Assembly (NCBI GenBank): GCA_033064195.1
Contig: JARBJD010000447.1
Span: 1 to 49,087 of the forward strand
Origin: Blattamonas nauphoetae
Lineage: Eukaryota
Direction: 5' to 3'
DNA length: 49,087 bases
Positions 1 through 10,694 of this stretch are shown in pieces. The first letter of the stretch is position 1; the number at the start of each line of letters is the position of its first letter. A model generated the notes under the pieces. The model made no database searches. It saw only the letters and a program-made list of their open reading frames with translations, and had not been told where the DNA came from. Position numbers and translations under genes: made by a program.

Positions 1-1057
1 TGCAGGAATAACTCGTGCCAGTCGAGGATAATCCAGCAGATACTGGGAAAGAGTAATAGACAATGTGATTTCAATTCAATTCAATCCAGAAGTAGCATCC
101 TGAAGTAATGGGACCAGATGAAGCGAAGAACATCTTTCAGGATTCGACGAATTACCAACAGAAGGACATCAGAGAATGAAGAAGAAAGGATTTCCAGGAG
201 CAGGTGTATCCACAGTTTCTAGAATTCATCACAAATCAAGAAATTTGCAAACATTCCTTGATGAGACATAGTACTGCATGGCATCAGAGATTAGTACTCT
301 GACACGCCACGAAATATGCAACCAAGAACAGATGAAGATATCAGTCAATACCAATCTTCAGATATGCCAGCTTACTCTCAATATGTTCAGTAACAAGAAG
401 AAATGTCTGATTAAAACATTAATATATATTTTTATTTTTATGAAAGTGATGCAACCAATTCTCAGTTGTCAATTTACGAAACACAAGTTCTTCTTCAGTC
501 CCAACATCAATCACCAACAATGTCATCATCGACAATAAAGGTTCGAATTCTGAGATCTAAGCTCGAAGATCGTAATGAACAAAGCGCTAATGTCAGACTC
601 GATAATGTTCAGGTGTTTATGATCCACCACTAGAGACATATCCATCAGCCCCCATTCAAAGTCGTTCTATTCCACTTCGAGAATATATTTCAAATATTTC
701 GGCATTCAAAGATCAGTTATTACTCGTCTACAAGAATGCATTCGCTTGTGAAAAGAAACTATTGAATAATCTCATTGAACCATCAGAAACTGATCACGAA
801 CCAAAGTGATTTATGTGCACTGATTGCTACACTCACTGGGATTAATGATGTGGTGATCGAACTGGATATCTGACAAGTGCCTATGTCTGAATAAACTCCC
901 AGTGTTTAGAACCATTTTCAAGATCCTTGTTGGTGGAAAGACATGAGTATTGCCTTCAATGAAGCATGTAACACCATTCCTCAATTATGGCATTTCTCTG
1001 ACGAAAGCAATTCCTCGCTAAAATTATAAATGGTGTATTTTTTCTTTTTTTCTATAA

Positions 1058-1367
1058 ATGGCACCAAGGAAGTTTCAACAAACTCAAAAATATCGGCAAA
1101 CAATTCTTTCAATTCATCAAACCTCTAGCTCCAACATTCCTTCAAGTTGGTGGTGGATTGCTCTCACAAACGAACAGTAAATTTGGACAAACAGCAGGTG
1201 GAATACTCAATGGATTAGGAGGAATGATGGACGTTTATCAACAAAATAAGGCGATCAATCGAGCACAGAAACCGCAGATGATTGATTATGAACCACCTCG
1301 AAATGGGAGATACTCCAATGATGATATGCCACTCTCGTCAAATTCCAAAATTCAATTCAAAGGATAA
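1058..1367 (+). CDS. Small protein with N-terminal amphipathic helix (one frameshift shortly after the start); possible membrane-lytic/core virion protein
   Basis: ATG at 1058 follows TTTTTTTCTATAA. After a frame change it reads FNKLKNIGKQFFQFIKPLAPTFLQVGGGLL, continuous with ORF 1158..1367. The N-terminus resembles the next gene (MAP...KLxxxGKxxxxxxxP). Confidence 0.5.
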
Positions 1368-1404
1368 ACATTCACTCGTATTCGAATATTTTATTTTTAT
1401 TAAA

Positions 1405-1713
1405 ATGGCACCAGGTTGGTTATCAAAATTAGCAGCAGTTGGCAAAAATATACTCAGAGTTGGAGCTCCATTTCTGAATCTCATCCCCTTTGTTGGACCA
1501 CTGATTTCGAAGGTAGCGCAGACAGGAATTGAAATGATACCAGATGTGAAATCGGATCAGCAAATCCATGCAGAGAAGATGGCACAATACGAGCAAGCGA
1601 TCAATGAAGGAAACACTGCAGTAGCGAACAAGCTCAGAGGAGAAATACTGAGACTGGAAGAGAAGCTGAAGCCGAAGGTTAAGGTGAAGAAACCAAAAAG
1701 AAAAAGTAACTAG
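1405..1713 (+). CDS. 102-aa protein with amphipathic N-terminal helix and basic C-terminal tail; possible membrane-lytic/core virion protein
   Basis: ATG at 1405 in TTTTATTTTTATTAAAATG context. Reads MAPGWLSKLAAVGKNILRVGAPFLNLIPFVGPLISKVAQ and ends KLKPKVKVKKPKRKSN. Lies immediately upstream of the capsid-like gene. Confidence 0.6.
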   Translation: MAPGWLSKLAAVGKNILRVGAPFLNLIPFVGPLISKVAQTGIEMIPDVKSDQQIHAEKMAQYEQAINEGNTAVANKLRGEILRLEEKLKPKVKVKKPKRKSN

Positions 1714-1749
1714 AGTTAAAGCATAAATGTAATTTTTATTTTTGTTAAA

Positions 1750-3612
1750 ATGAACTCGCATATAACATCTGACAAACAAAGAACTGGAGCATCATCCTTG
1801 ACTGGAAATACCACTGGAAGGATAGAATACACGAGAGATGACATGGGTCAAATTCAACAACAACTCAGGTCCGAACATTTCATTAATTACCTAATGAATG
1901 ATGGGGCACACAGTACTTCGATTCAAGAATTGAAACCATCAGAGAATGCACGCTTCTACACGGGACAAGAGATAATCATTCCACTGACTGGTAATCAGGA
2001 CATTTGTCAAATTGATGATTCATTCATAACGTTCACCATGACTGCGACTCTGAAAGTTAATAATTGGCAAACAACTGCTGGAAAAATTGGTTCGTACATG
2101 AATGAGAGAATCTTCATCTTCGTTGGACTCAAGCATTCAGCATCAATCTTTCGTGACCTTACTGTTCTTCACAACAATCAGAGAATCATCTGCACAACAA
2201 ACAATGATGTCTCAATGGAATCACACATCTACAATATGATAAAACCGAAGAGTCAATTGGAGAATCGAAAACATTGTCACACACCTTGGAAAAACGCATG
2301 GGAGCATGATGAATCTGTAGCTGGTGTCTATATTCCACTTTCTGATTTTACAACAACATCTGGAACAGGGGTGTTTCAAGACACAATTGATGTGCCAATT
2401 CGCGTGTCAATCAATCTTGAAGATCTTCTCATTTTCTCTGGAATGACTGACTATCCAAAATATCTCTTTGGTGATTTGAAATTGAGTGTGCACATGAATG
2501 AGGATGCGTTTGTTTGTTGTTCTGTGAATCCTGAACTTACTTTGAAAGATACACTATCATCACTCGTAACTGGAACAGCAGCAGCACCAACGATTAAAGC
2601 AGCAATTCTCAATTGTATTCAACATCGTCCCTATTTCTTGAATAACCTTGTCACCTCATGCACAAAGAATTTCGTTCAAATTGGCCAATCATTTCTTCAA
2701 CCAACCGTTACTAAAGACATTGTTTGTTCAACAGCCAATGCCGTGACAACAGAACCAGAATTCGTCGATCAGTACATCTCATTAAACGTCACAAACTATC
2801 GGATTGATGATGTGTATTGCATGAGTGCTGGATACAAAATGAAAGATGGTGCGATAAAGAATCTGAAGCAGATGTACACAAATCGTCCTGGAACAATTCC
2901 GGCAGAAAAGATCTTATTCTATCCATTTCAGAAGACACCAACGGCAACAGGAATTGATTGTACTCAGCAAATGGTAGTGGTGAATGCCAAGGATATCATG
3001 CTTCTCTTCCGTCACTACGACAATGAAGTCACTTGCTTCCACAATCCAATGCAGAAGAACATCCAAGTGACTTTACAAAACAGGTATTATCCAGAACAAC
3101 CAACGACAACTATTGGAGCTCGCTTCTATCAGTTCGCATTATCGACTCTCAATCTCGATTCGTACCTAGCTGTTCCTGATGATTTGGAGCGATCACTGAC
3201 GGATTCTCTCGTTGAAGAGAAACTCACTGGTGACGGAACATATCCCAATGAAACAATGACAAGAGTTCGTCCAGTTCATGACAATACTGACTTCCTTCTG
3301 TGCTTTCCTACTCAAAGAAGTGGATGTCCAACGAACTGCAATGATTCCATCAGTTCAAAAGGAAACACTGCGGTCACTTTGAGATCGCATCCAATCTATC
3401 AGGGTAATCTTGACACATACTATAATGTTTACAACCCAAGTCAAAGTGGAGGTGATATGACAACATTTACTCATCCTCCAGCACCGATTCTAGCAACCAC
3501 TGCAACAACGTGGTGGGTCTTGCGATACAGCAATGGAGAACCAAAAGTTGAGTACTATCCTAATCACACATTGAAAGCATTACATAAAGATTTAGGAATT
3601 ATTCCAAATTGA
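1750..3612 (+). CDS. Putative double-jelly-roll major capsid protein of a Polinton-like virus
   Basis: Intact 620-aa ORF with beta-strand-like patterning (IIIPLT..DDSFITFTMTATLKV, FIFVGLK, YPKYLFGDLKLSV, C-terminal PPAPILA..WWVLRY). Size and gene context fit a major capsid protein; the fold is inferred. Confidence 0.65.
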   Translation: MNSHITSDKQRTGASSLTGNTTGRIEYTRDDMGQIQQQLRSEHFINYLMNDGAHSTSIQELKPSENARFYTGQEIIIPLTGNQDICQIDDSFITFTMTATLKVNNWQTTAGKIGSYMNERIFIFVGLKHSASIFRDLTVLHNNQRIICTTNNDVSMESHIYNMIKPKSQLENRKHCHTPWKNAWEHDESVAGVYIPLSDFTTTSGTGVFQDTIDVPIRVSINLEDLLIFSGMTDYPKYLFGDLKLSVHMNEDAFVCCSVNPELTLKDTLSSLVTGTAAAPTIKAAILNCIQHRPYFLNNLVTSCTKNFVQIGQSFLQPTVTKDIVCSTANAVTTEPEFVDQYISLNVTNYRIDDVYCMSAGYKMKDGAIKNLKQMYTNRPGTIPAEKILFYPFQKTPTATGIDCTQQMVVVNAKDIMLLFRHYDNEVTCFHNPMQKNIQVTLQNRYYPEQPTTTIGARFYQFALSTLNLDSYLAVPDDLERSLTDSLVEEKLTGDGTYPNETMTRVRPVHDNTDFLLCFPTQRSGCPTNCNDSISSKGNTAVTLRSHPIYQGNLDTYYNVYNPSQSGGDMTTFTHPPAPILATTATTWWVLRYSNGEPKVEYYPNHTLKALHKDLGIIPN

Positions 3613-3659
3613 AAACATTAAAAGAAAATAATGATATTGTATTTTTTATTTTTCTATAA

Positions 3660-5353
3660 ATGAGAAGTTTCAGATCTAATCAATCAAAACCAACATCGAC
3701 ATTAATTGAGCAAATTGAAGTGCAATCATATCTTCCAAAACAGTGGGATTCAGAACCTCATGTATATTCAATTCAGGAAGTGCATCCAACAAATCCTCCC
3801 ATGCCATGCAGAATTGGAGACGAGATTGAAGTTCCATTGTGCTATGACGGACATGATGTTACTGAGTTTGCGAAGAGTCATTTGCGTATCGATCTAACGA
3901 TTACTGTTCCATATACATATCCATCAGATGCGGATGCTTCAGAGTCAGCTGGATTGTACGGAATGTTCTACGGTTACAAATCATCATCAGATGCCATTCG
4001 AGACATGAGACTGGTTGACAGTAAAGGAAACATTATTGACAATACACTCCAGAATAATCATGTTCACGAATCATTTCTGTATCACACTTTCAAGTCGTAT
4101 GAAGAAAAAAACAACATGAAGCATTGTTACAGTCTGTGGGAAAATGTTCAGAGAATGGATCCAAGTGTGTGTGGATTCTACTATGTTCCAACACTCACTG
4201 GGATGAAAAAAACATTCACTGCAACGATTCCACTGGTAATTCCGTTTGTGAATCTCCTTCCACTGAGTACCTTTGATCAGTATCCAAATTCGATTTTTGG
4301 TAATTTACGTTTGATGATTTCACTTGACAACTGATTCACTTGTGTATTGTCCCATTCGAACTTCAACTGTTGTAAGAAAACACTTGAGATGATGAAAGAT
4401 CGATATCCAGATAAAGACGAGCCTCGTCTCGCACCAGAAGGGCAAATGAGTCTCATGTTCGATGGAGAATACTCTAATTTGACACAGGAATTTACACAAA
4501 TTGGTAATCCAATACTTCAATTCGATGACAATATAATGCCTTCTGTGAATTCATTTTACATTTCATATATCAAAACCAAATCCTTCACAGCCACTGTTCT
4601 TTCATCTTCGATAGATACAGTGTCTTCGATTTGTTACGGATATCAAATCACTGATGCAACGAAGCAGTCACTCTTCAACACATATTCAAAGACTCTGTAT
4701 GTCCTGAAAGCTGAAAGAATTGACACACAATCGTTCCAATCACAAGCAACAGCAATGGGAGTGAGATCAAACATCAGTATCAAGCTCAACAATCTCATGA
4801 ATCTTATGTGCTTATTCCTGAAAGACCAAATGAATGTACAGTCTTCAGAAATCCTCATTATGTTGGCTTATTCGAAATGCTTGGATCCAACTTTCCCAAT
4901 TTCCCGATGTCAACACTCTCGCCAGAGTTCTATCAAATGATGATGGTGAATGGTGATTTTATCGGTTGTTCCGCGACGGAAGAGTTTGAGAATTCAATCT
5001 GTATGTCACGCAATTCTACCTGTTTTGGAAAGGAGTTCAAGAGAACCAGAGCAGTTACGGATGCTACTTCATTCACATTCATGGTTCCAACAGATCGAAG
5101 TGAAATCGCTGGTGGAGAAGAAGGTATTTCAACAGCAGAATCAGTGAATATCGTCTACAGAGGATCACCAATCAATCAGGGAGAACTCGATCCATATTTC
5201 ACCTCAACTCCAGAAGGTCCTCCTCCTCCAATTCTAGCACTACATCAAGCAACATACTGGTTATTCTGGATTGAAAATGGACAACCACGAGTGCGATATG
5301 TCATTGATCGTCGACTCCAAGAAGCGTATGAAGAAGTGAAGAGAGGTTATTGA
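3660..5353 (+). pseudogene. Second capsid-like paralog, broken by frameshifts near 4326, 4375 and 4808
   Basis: ORFs 3660..4334, 4347..4940 and 4808..5353 align colinearly with 1750..3612. Examples: ESFLYHTFK..NMKHCYSLWEN vs ESHIYNMIK..NRKHCHTPWKN; YPNSIFGNLRL vs YPKYLFGDLKL; PPPPILALHQATYWLFWIENGQPRVRY vs PPAPILATTATTWWVLRYSNGEPKVEY. Confidence 0.75.
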
Positions 5354-5393
5354 ACAGAACAAATATGATATTTTATTTTTGTAGAAAACAGAA

Positions 5394-5804
5394 ATGGTGA
5401 AGCGCTATTTCTCAATTCAGAATTCTCACACTGCTCAATTGCCTCCTGATTTTACCAATTCCAGAAACCAAAAATATGTTCACTTTCTCGACTGCAAACT
5501 TATTCATGTGAAGGAAGAAATTAATGGTAACTCAACTGTCATCTCAAAAGACATTCCTCAGCACATTACAATCCATGGTGATTGGATCCAGACTGATGCA
5601 TTCAATGACTCATTTGTTGCTTTCTGTAACGAACAGATTGCGAAGCGAAAGAAGTGGGAATTAAGCACTCGACAATCAATTGTGAAGATCTGGTTCAAAG
5701 ACAGTTCTGGTGAATCAATTGAGATGGAAACAACGGAGACAATCAATGGAAAAATAACCAAAGAGTATTATGAATTTCTGGTTGATCTCATGTTGGAGTA
5801 TTAA
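5394..5804 (+). CDS. Small beta-rich protein, candidate single-jelly-roll minor capsid (penton) protein
   Basis: 136 aa with alternating hydrophobic strands and C-terminal YEFLVDLMLEY. Last gene of the capsid cluster, with a T-rich upstream motif. Confidence 0.45.
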   Translation: MVKRYFSIQNSHTAQLPPDFTNSRNQKYVHFLDCKLIHVKEEINGNSTVISKDIPQHITIHGDWIQTDAFNDSFVAFCNEQIAKRKKWELSTRQSIVKIWFKDSSGESIEMETTETINGKITKEYYEFLVDLMLEY

Positions 5805-5816
5805 TGCTTCGCATTT

Positions 5817-6686
5817 CTATGATGACGGAGTCATGGTATTTGTCAGGGAATTATATTTTTGTGAAAGTTCATTGATGAGTGTCTGTTGTTGTCCGACAAT
5901 GCTGCTCAGTTCCTGAATGGCTTTCACACAAAAGCACGAGAGTTCTGCGTAGTCAACTTGAAGACAATCTGGATTGGAATCATTCACGACTTCAGGAAAG
6001 ATTTCTTGGATCTGTTGTGCAATCACACCAATGTGTTTCTTCTCACTTTCCTTCTTCAAGCATTCACATTTCTCTTTGCAGTTCTTCAAGTGTTCTTCAT
6101 TGGTTTCATTCTCGATTTGTCTTGTAACTTTGTTGATCTTCGAGTCGAATGTGTTGAATTGATATTGCACAATTTCAACTTTATTCAGTTGTTCAAGAAC
6201 ATCAGGATATGGTTCAATATTTCTTTTCACTCTTCTGTCTGACAGCTGAGAAAAACTTCCTGTTGTAGATATTGGAAACACTCCTGAACCAGTGTCCTCA
6301 TCGTAGTAATAGAGTGCTGGTTTGTCACAGGGAGACCACATAATAATGCCATCACCATTGAACTGAATTCCAGAAGTTTCTGCAAGTGATTGTGATATAG
6401 AAACGCCAGAAGAAAATGTTGATGCCGGATATGTTCCAGGATACTTCGGAAGTGATCCTTCTGAGATATTCCACTTCGCTCCATTCACATTGATCAATCC
6501 TCCAATTGTTGGTGTCGTGATCGATCCATTTGTGCTCACCACTTTCTGAATTGAAGATATCGCATTCTTGTGTGCTTCTGTTGTCTTCTGTAGTGAGTCA
6601 ATCACTGCTGTATTCTCGTTGGTTGTTGAGAGATTATGATCAATCATTTTCTCAATCATTTGTGAATTGTATTTTTGTCGATTCAT
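5817..6686 (-). CDS. Fibre-like protein with N-terminal coiled coil and C-terminal Peptidase_S74 intramolecular chaperone
   Basis: Contains SDRRVKRNI cleavage motif, HIGVIAQQIQEIFPEVV and VDYAELSCFCVKAIQEL followed by a coiled coil. Likely start is MNRQKY (ATG at 6686); the ORF is open from 6788. Confidence 0.85.
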   Translation of the reverse strand: MNRQKYNSQMIEKMIDHNLSTTNENTAVIDSLQKTTEAHKNAISSIQKVVSTNGSITTPTIGGLINVNGAKWNISEGSLPKYPGTYPASTFSSGVSISQSLAETSGIQFNGDGIIMWSPCDKPALYYYDEDTGSGVFPISTTGSFSQLSDRRVKRNIEPYPDVLEQLNKVEIVQYQFNTFDSKINKVTRQIENETNEEHLKNCKEKCECLKKESEKKHIGVIAQQIQEIFPEVVNDSNPDCLQVDYAELSCFCVKAIQELSSIVGQQQTLINELSQKYNSLTNTMTPSS

Positions 6687-8256
6687 TTTTGGTTGTTGAC
6701 TTTTTATGGGAGTAAAAATTCTCCACTGAACAAACCATATCAACTTTTTTTCGTCATTGATTTGACTTTCCTCTATTTCAATCATCACTTCACATCAAGA
6801 AATTTGCCTCATTATGCACAATTCTGACATTTCGTTTGCGTAAATGAAGAATGGGTGGAAGATCTACAACAATGGGAAGAACAACGCCAACTCTCGATTC
6901 TGATGTTTGCCACCATTTCTGTTCCTGATATTGTTTTCACAGCTCATTCGAAAACTCTCCTTCGTGCTCGGAATCAATCCTCAACCATACTTAAGCGTTA
7001 AGCCAAGTACAGCTCTTCAGATGCTGTGCGAGCTGTTGGGATGCGGAGGTCCAAGGCGTACTCTGCCGCAACTGTGTAAGTACATTCGGTATCTTCTCTG
7101 CCGAGTGTTTTTCGCACTTCAAAATGTTATTCGACATTCGCTCTATCGAATCCAGTCTCGAACTCTTCTACAAATACGTATCCTCATCGACAAAGGGTTG
7201 GATGAATGTAATTTCGATGGACAACGCGACCTTGTATCTCTATTGGTGGTGGGAGTCAATTTCACAATGACGACGAAGGAACACTATCAAGAATTTCTAA
7301 GCATGGAGGAAACTAATGATGTTGATCAAATCCGCGTTGAAACCTCAAAATCTGCGCACGACACAATCGAAGCACTGATTGTGTCACTAAACACCGTTCC
7401 GACCGAAAGCAATTCGCCGTCGTTCATCCCTTTGGACGATAGCTTAAATCAGAGCGATGCGCGGGATGGTTAGTTTGTTCACTTTTGTTCAAAGATTTCC
7501 AATCATTCGATTTTTTGTTTCTCTAAATTTGATGAAAAGCCGCCTTCTTTCCAGAGACACCAGGTGAAATGAAGAGTAGAAGAAAAGTTAGTTTTGAAAT
7601 CTTTTCACGATAATTATCAATAACAGTATTCAATCAAAAACAGTGAAACGTTATCACCTCTCTATCAAAAGATCAATGTGTAAATTTCGTAGAACCAGAA
7701 CACTACAAAAGTAGTCAATCAAAACGGTAAAGAAAAGAGAACACATTCACTTGGAGAGTCTAGAAGCCTATGTGATATGAATTTTAATCCGAGAAAAATG
7801 ATACAAACCAAAAAGTCGCGTGAACGTGAAAGCTGAGTTCAATGTGATGGATGTCTAGGAAACTCATGAAAAATTCATACTTTCTGAAACCGATGTGTTA
7901 CACAAGATATTGAATTTGCCTGAAAGAAAAGAAAGTACATAGCGAGAAAAGTGATGCGTGGTACATACGTTTTTAACTTTTTGTATAAGATGATCTGATG
8001 AAAATCAAAGAGAATACCGAAGGAAAATGACATACATATTTCCGATTCAATTTTAGCGGGCCAGTTAGCTACCTAAGTATTTGTGGACACATCGATCTTT
8101 AGCCTCAATGGTTTGATCCTCTCATCTCATTCCTGACGACTCTTTACTGTTTCGTTTAGGTGTGTTTCACTTTCTACTTTCACATTTGTTCTCTTTTCTT
8201 TTTTGACATCTCATTCTTGTTCTCGATCCTTCACTTTTTTCTGTCTCTCTCGTTCA

Positions 8257-9533
8257 GGTACATCACATTGTTTTATGAACGGTGGTTTCATTCCCGACTT
8301 GTTTTGAACAGGTTTGCTCCATTTTTGAATTCATTCTTTCCTAAAACTTACTTATGTACCAACGCCGATCAAACCGAAAGTGGACCTGAAGATCAGGTAC
8401 ACAGATGCGTTTTATCGCTTAAAAGTATGTCTCTCGTGATTTACCAAACAGGTATTCTCTTCTTTTTTATTCATCTTTTCATAAAACATCTTCATGTACT
8501 CGATCTGCGTGATCATCAAACTCAGGTACACTATTGCGTCTTATGACCAGAAAGTGCTGTTCACTGAATATTTGAAACAGGTTTGCTCTCTTTTTTGTAT
8601 TATCTCTTTATAAGACACAATGACGTACCAGAATTTTCACTTCACTTTTGACATTCTCTTTTCTGGTACAACACTTCACTTTATCCTCTCATTTTCACTT
8701 CATTGTCAATTTTTTCTCATTGTCTCTCACTTTTTTACAAAATTAAAATTTAAAATGACGTGAACAAAATTTTGATCCTCATCTTTGCTCAAAAAACTTC
8801 GTGATTCATCGATAAAATTGTATGCGTTGGTACACCACTTTGTTTTACTTTCATTCAACTTTCATTTCACCTTTTACACTTCACTACTCTTCGATTTGTG
8901 CTCTTCATTTTTTCTAAAACACAACGGTGTACCAACAAAACGCGATCTGAAGTGATCATCCAGATCAGGTACACCACTTCACCTTATCGTTTCATTTCAC
9001 AACTATTTGATTTCAATTCTCTTTTTTGATCAAAACAAGGTAGAACACAGAACTAAAAATGTTTGATCGTCAAGATAAAAATGAACTGTGAGATCTGGTA
9101 CATGAATGTGTTTTATCACTTCAAACCTTGTTTCACTTCACAATTTTGATCTCTTTATTGACATTTTTGCTCTAATCTTTCATAAAACAAAGTGGTGTAC
9201 CAACGAGACTCAATCTGAAATGATCGGTGAGATCTGGTACATGAATGTGTTTTATCGTTTAGTTCTCACTTGAATCATTGTTTTTTACTCTTGTTTTCTG
9301 AAATTTTGATGAACGCGTTCATAAGGTGAAGTGGTGTACCAACGAAGTGAGAAAAACAATGACTGGAGAGATCTGGTACGTCACTTCACCTTATCGTTGC
9401 TAACATTGTTTCACTTCACAATTTTACTCTAATTAGAAACATTTTGGTCAAACTCGTTCATAAAGTGAAGTGGTGTACCAACAAAACACAAAGAATCAAG
9501 ATCGCTCCGATCTGGTACATGATTTTGTTTTAT
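8257..9533. repeat. Array of about 10 degenerate ~139-bp units built from inverted bipartite GGTAC-N11-TTAT motifs
   Basis: Forward GGTAC starts at 8257, 8396, 8525, 8665, 8829, 8968, 9097, 9236, 9375 and 9514. Reverse copies ((A/C)TAA-N11-GTAC(C/T)) start at 8341, 8481, 8610, 8914, 9182, 9321 and 9460. Confidence 0.9.
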
Positions 9534-10694
9534 CGTCTCATTCTCACTTCATTTACATTTTAGTACTCTAGTTTTGTGAAATTTAGATGAAGATGTTCAT
9601 CAAACTCAATACTTTCCCACCATTTTCACTATTTCCATTTCACCATTCACTATCATACTTGCCCACTTCATTTTAGCTTCATTCACCTTCATTTGGTCTA
9701 ATTAAGAGAAAAAGTCGACGAAAAATGAAGTATTGTGATGTGCTCGTGAAGTGTGAATGACTGAAAAATGGGTTGTAAAATGAGGGGAATGAAGAGGAGA
9801 GTTGAATACCTGAAATGTGAAACGTGGAAAGTGAAATGAGAGATGAAAGGTGTTGAAGTCGTTTAAGCTTAGACAAACGGTATGATGGAAAAACACATAA
9901 AACCAACATTATGAAAAAACTAGTCGTTAAAAGTGTCGCGAAAATTCAGTACTCCCTCCTCGAAAGGTGAGAAAGAAGATGTGATGTGAGAAAATCGGGG
10001 CAAAAATCGATATGAGTGAAAAGTTGGTGAAAATGTGGTGCAAAAAAGGTGCGTTCAAAAAAAGAGGACTATGAAGGTGAGGTGATCGGGAACCTAGGAA
10101 AAGCGTCGGAAGGACGCGAATGCGAAGAAAACGAAAAATCTAACGCAAAAAACGAAAACTGACCAAAAAAGTGGTGAAAGATGAGGTGCAAAAGTGAACG
10201 TTCGAAGAGCCGCCAAAAGGCGACTCCGAGCGAAATGAAGTGTAAAAACGCAAATAGGAGGCAAAAGTGATCCTAAAAAGTGAAGTGCTGAAAGCGCATA
10301 CATTTTTTTTAAAATTCGGAGAAACTCGAAAAATGGAATATGGGTTGATCTAGAAAAATCCCGATCCGGCCTTGATCTAACCAAAAATTCCAAAAGTGTT
10401 TTTTATCGCGAATTTCACCTTCTGAAATCGATTTTGTAATTTTAGAAGGTGTTTGAGGTGTGTTTGAGCCATTTAGCAGCAGTTTTAAGCAAGTTCTGAA
10501 AATCGACTTTTTGGTAACTTTTTCGACCACTGTTCGGTACGTAGCTCCGCGAATTCTCAACCGATCTTCATCAGGATTGTTTTGATCGACGACTCACATC
10601 GTCTCCGACATTTTAGAATTTTTTTCGATTTTTTTCGAAGTGGTTCTCAAGTTGGATTCACTTTGTTGTGGTCAAAAATAGATTTTCAGTGTTT

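Noticed and set aside
1..1030. Additional viral genes at the window start
   Set aside because: The sequence looks coding but every frame is interrupted, and no family could be assigned.
8257..9533. CRISPR or TIGR-like guide array
   Set aside because: There are no identical direct repeats, the intervening sequences are related to each other, and no Cas or Nop-domain gene is nearby.
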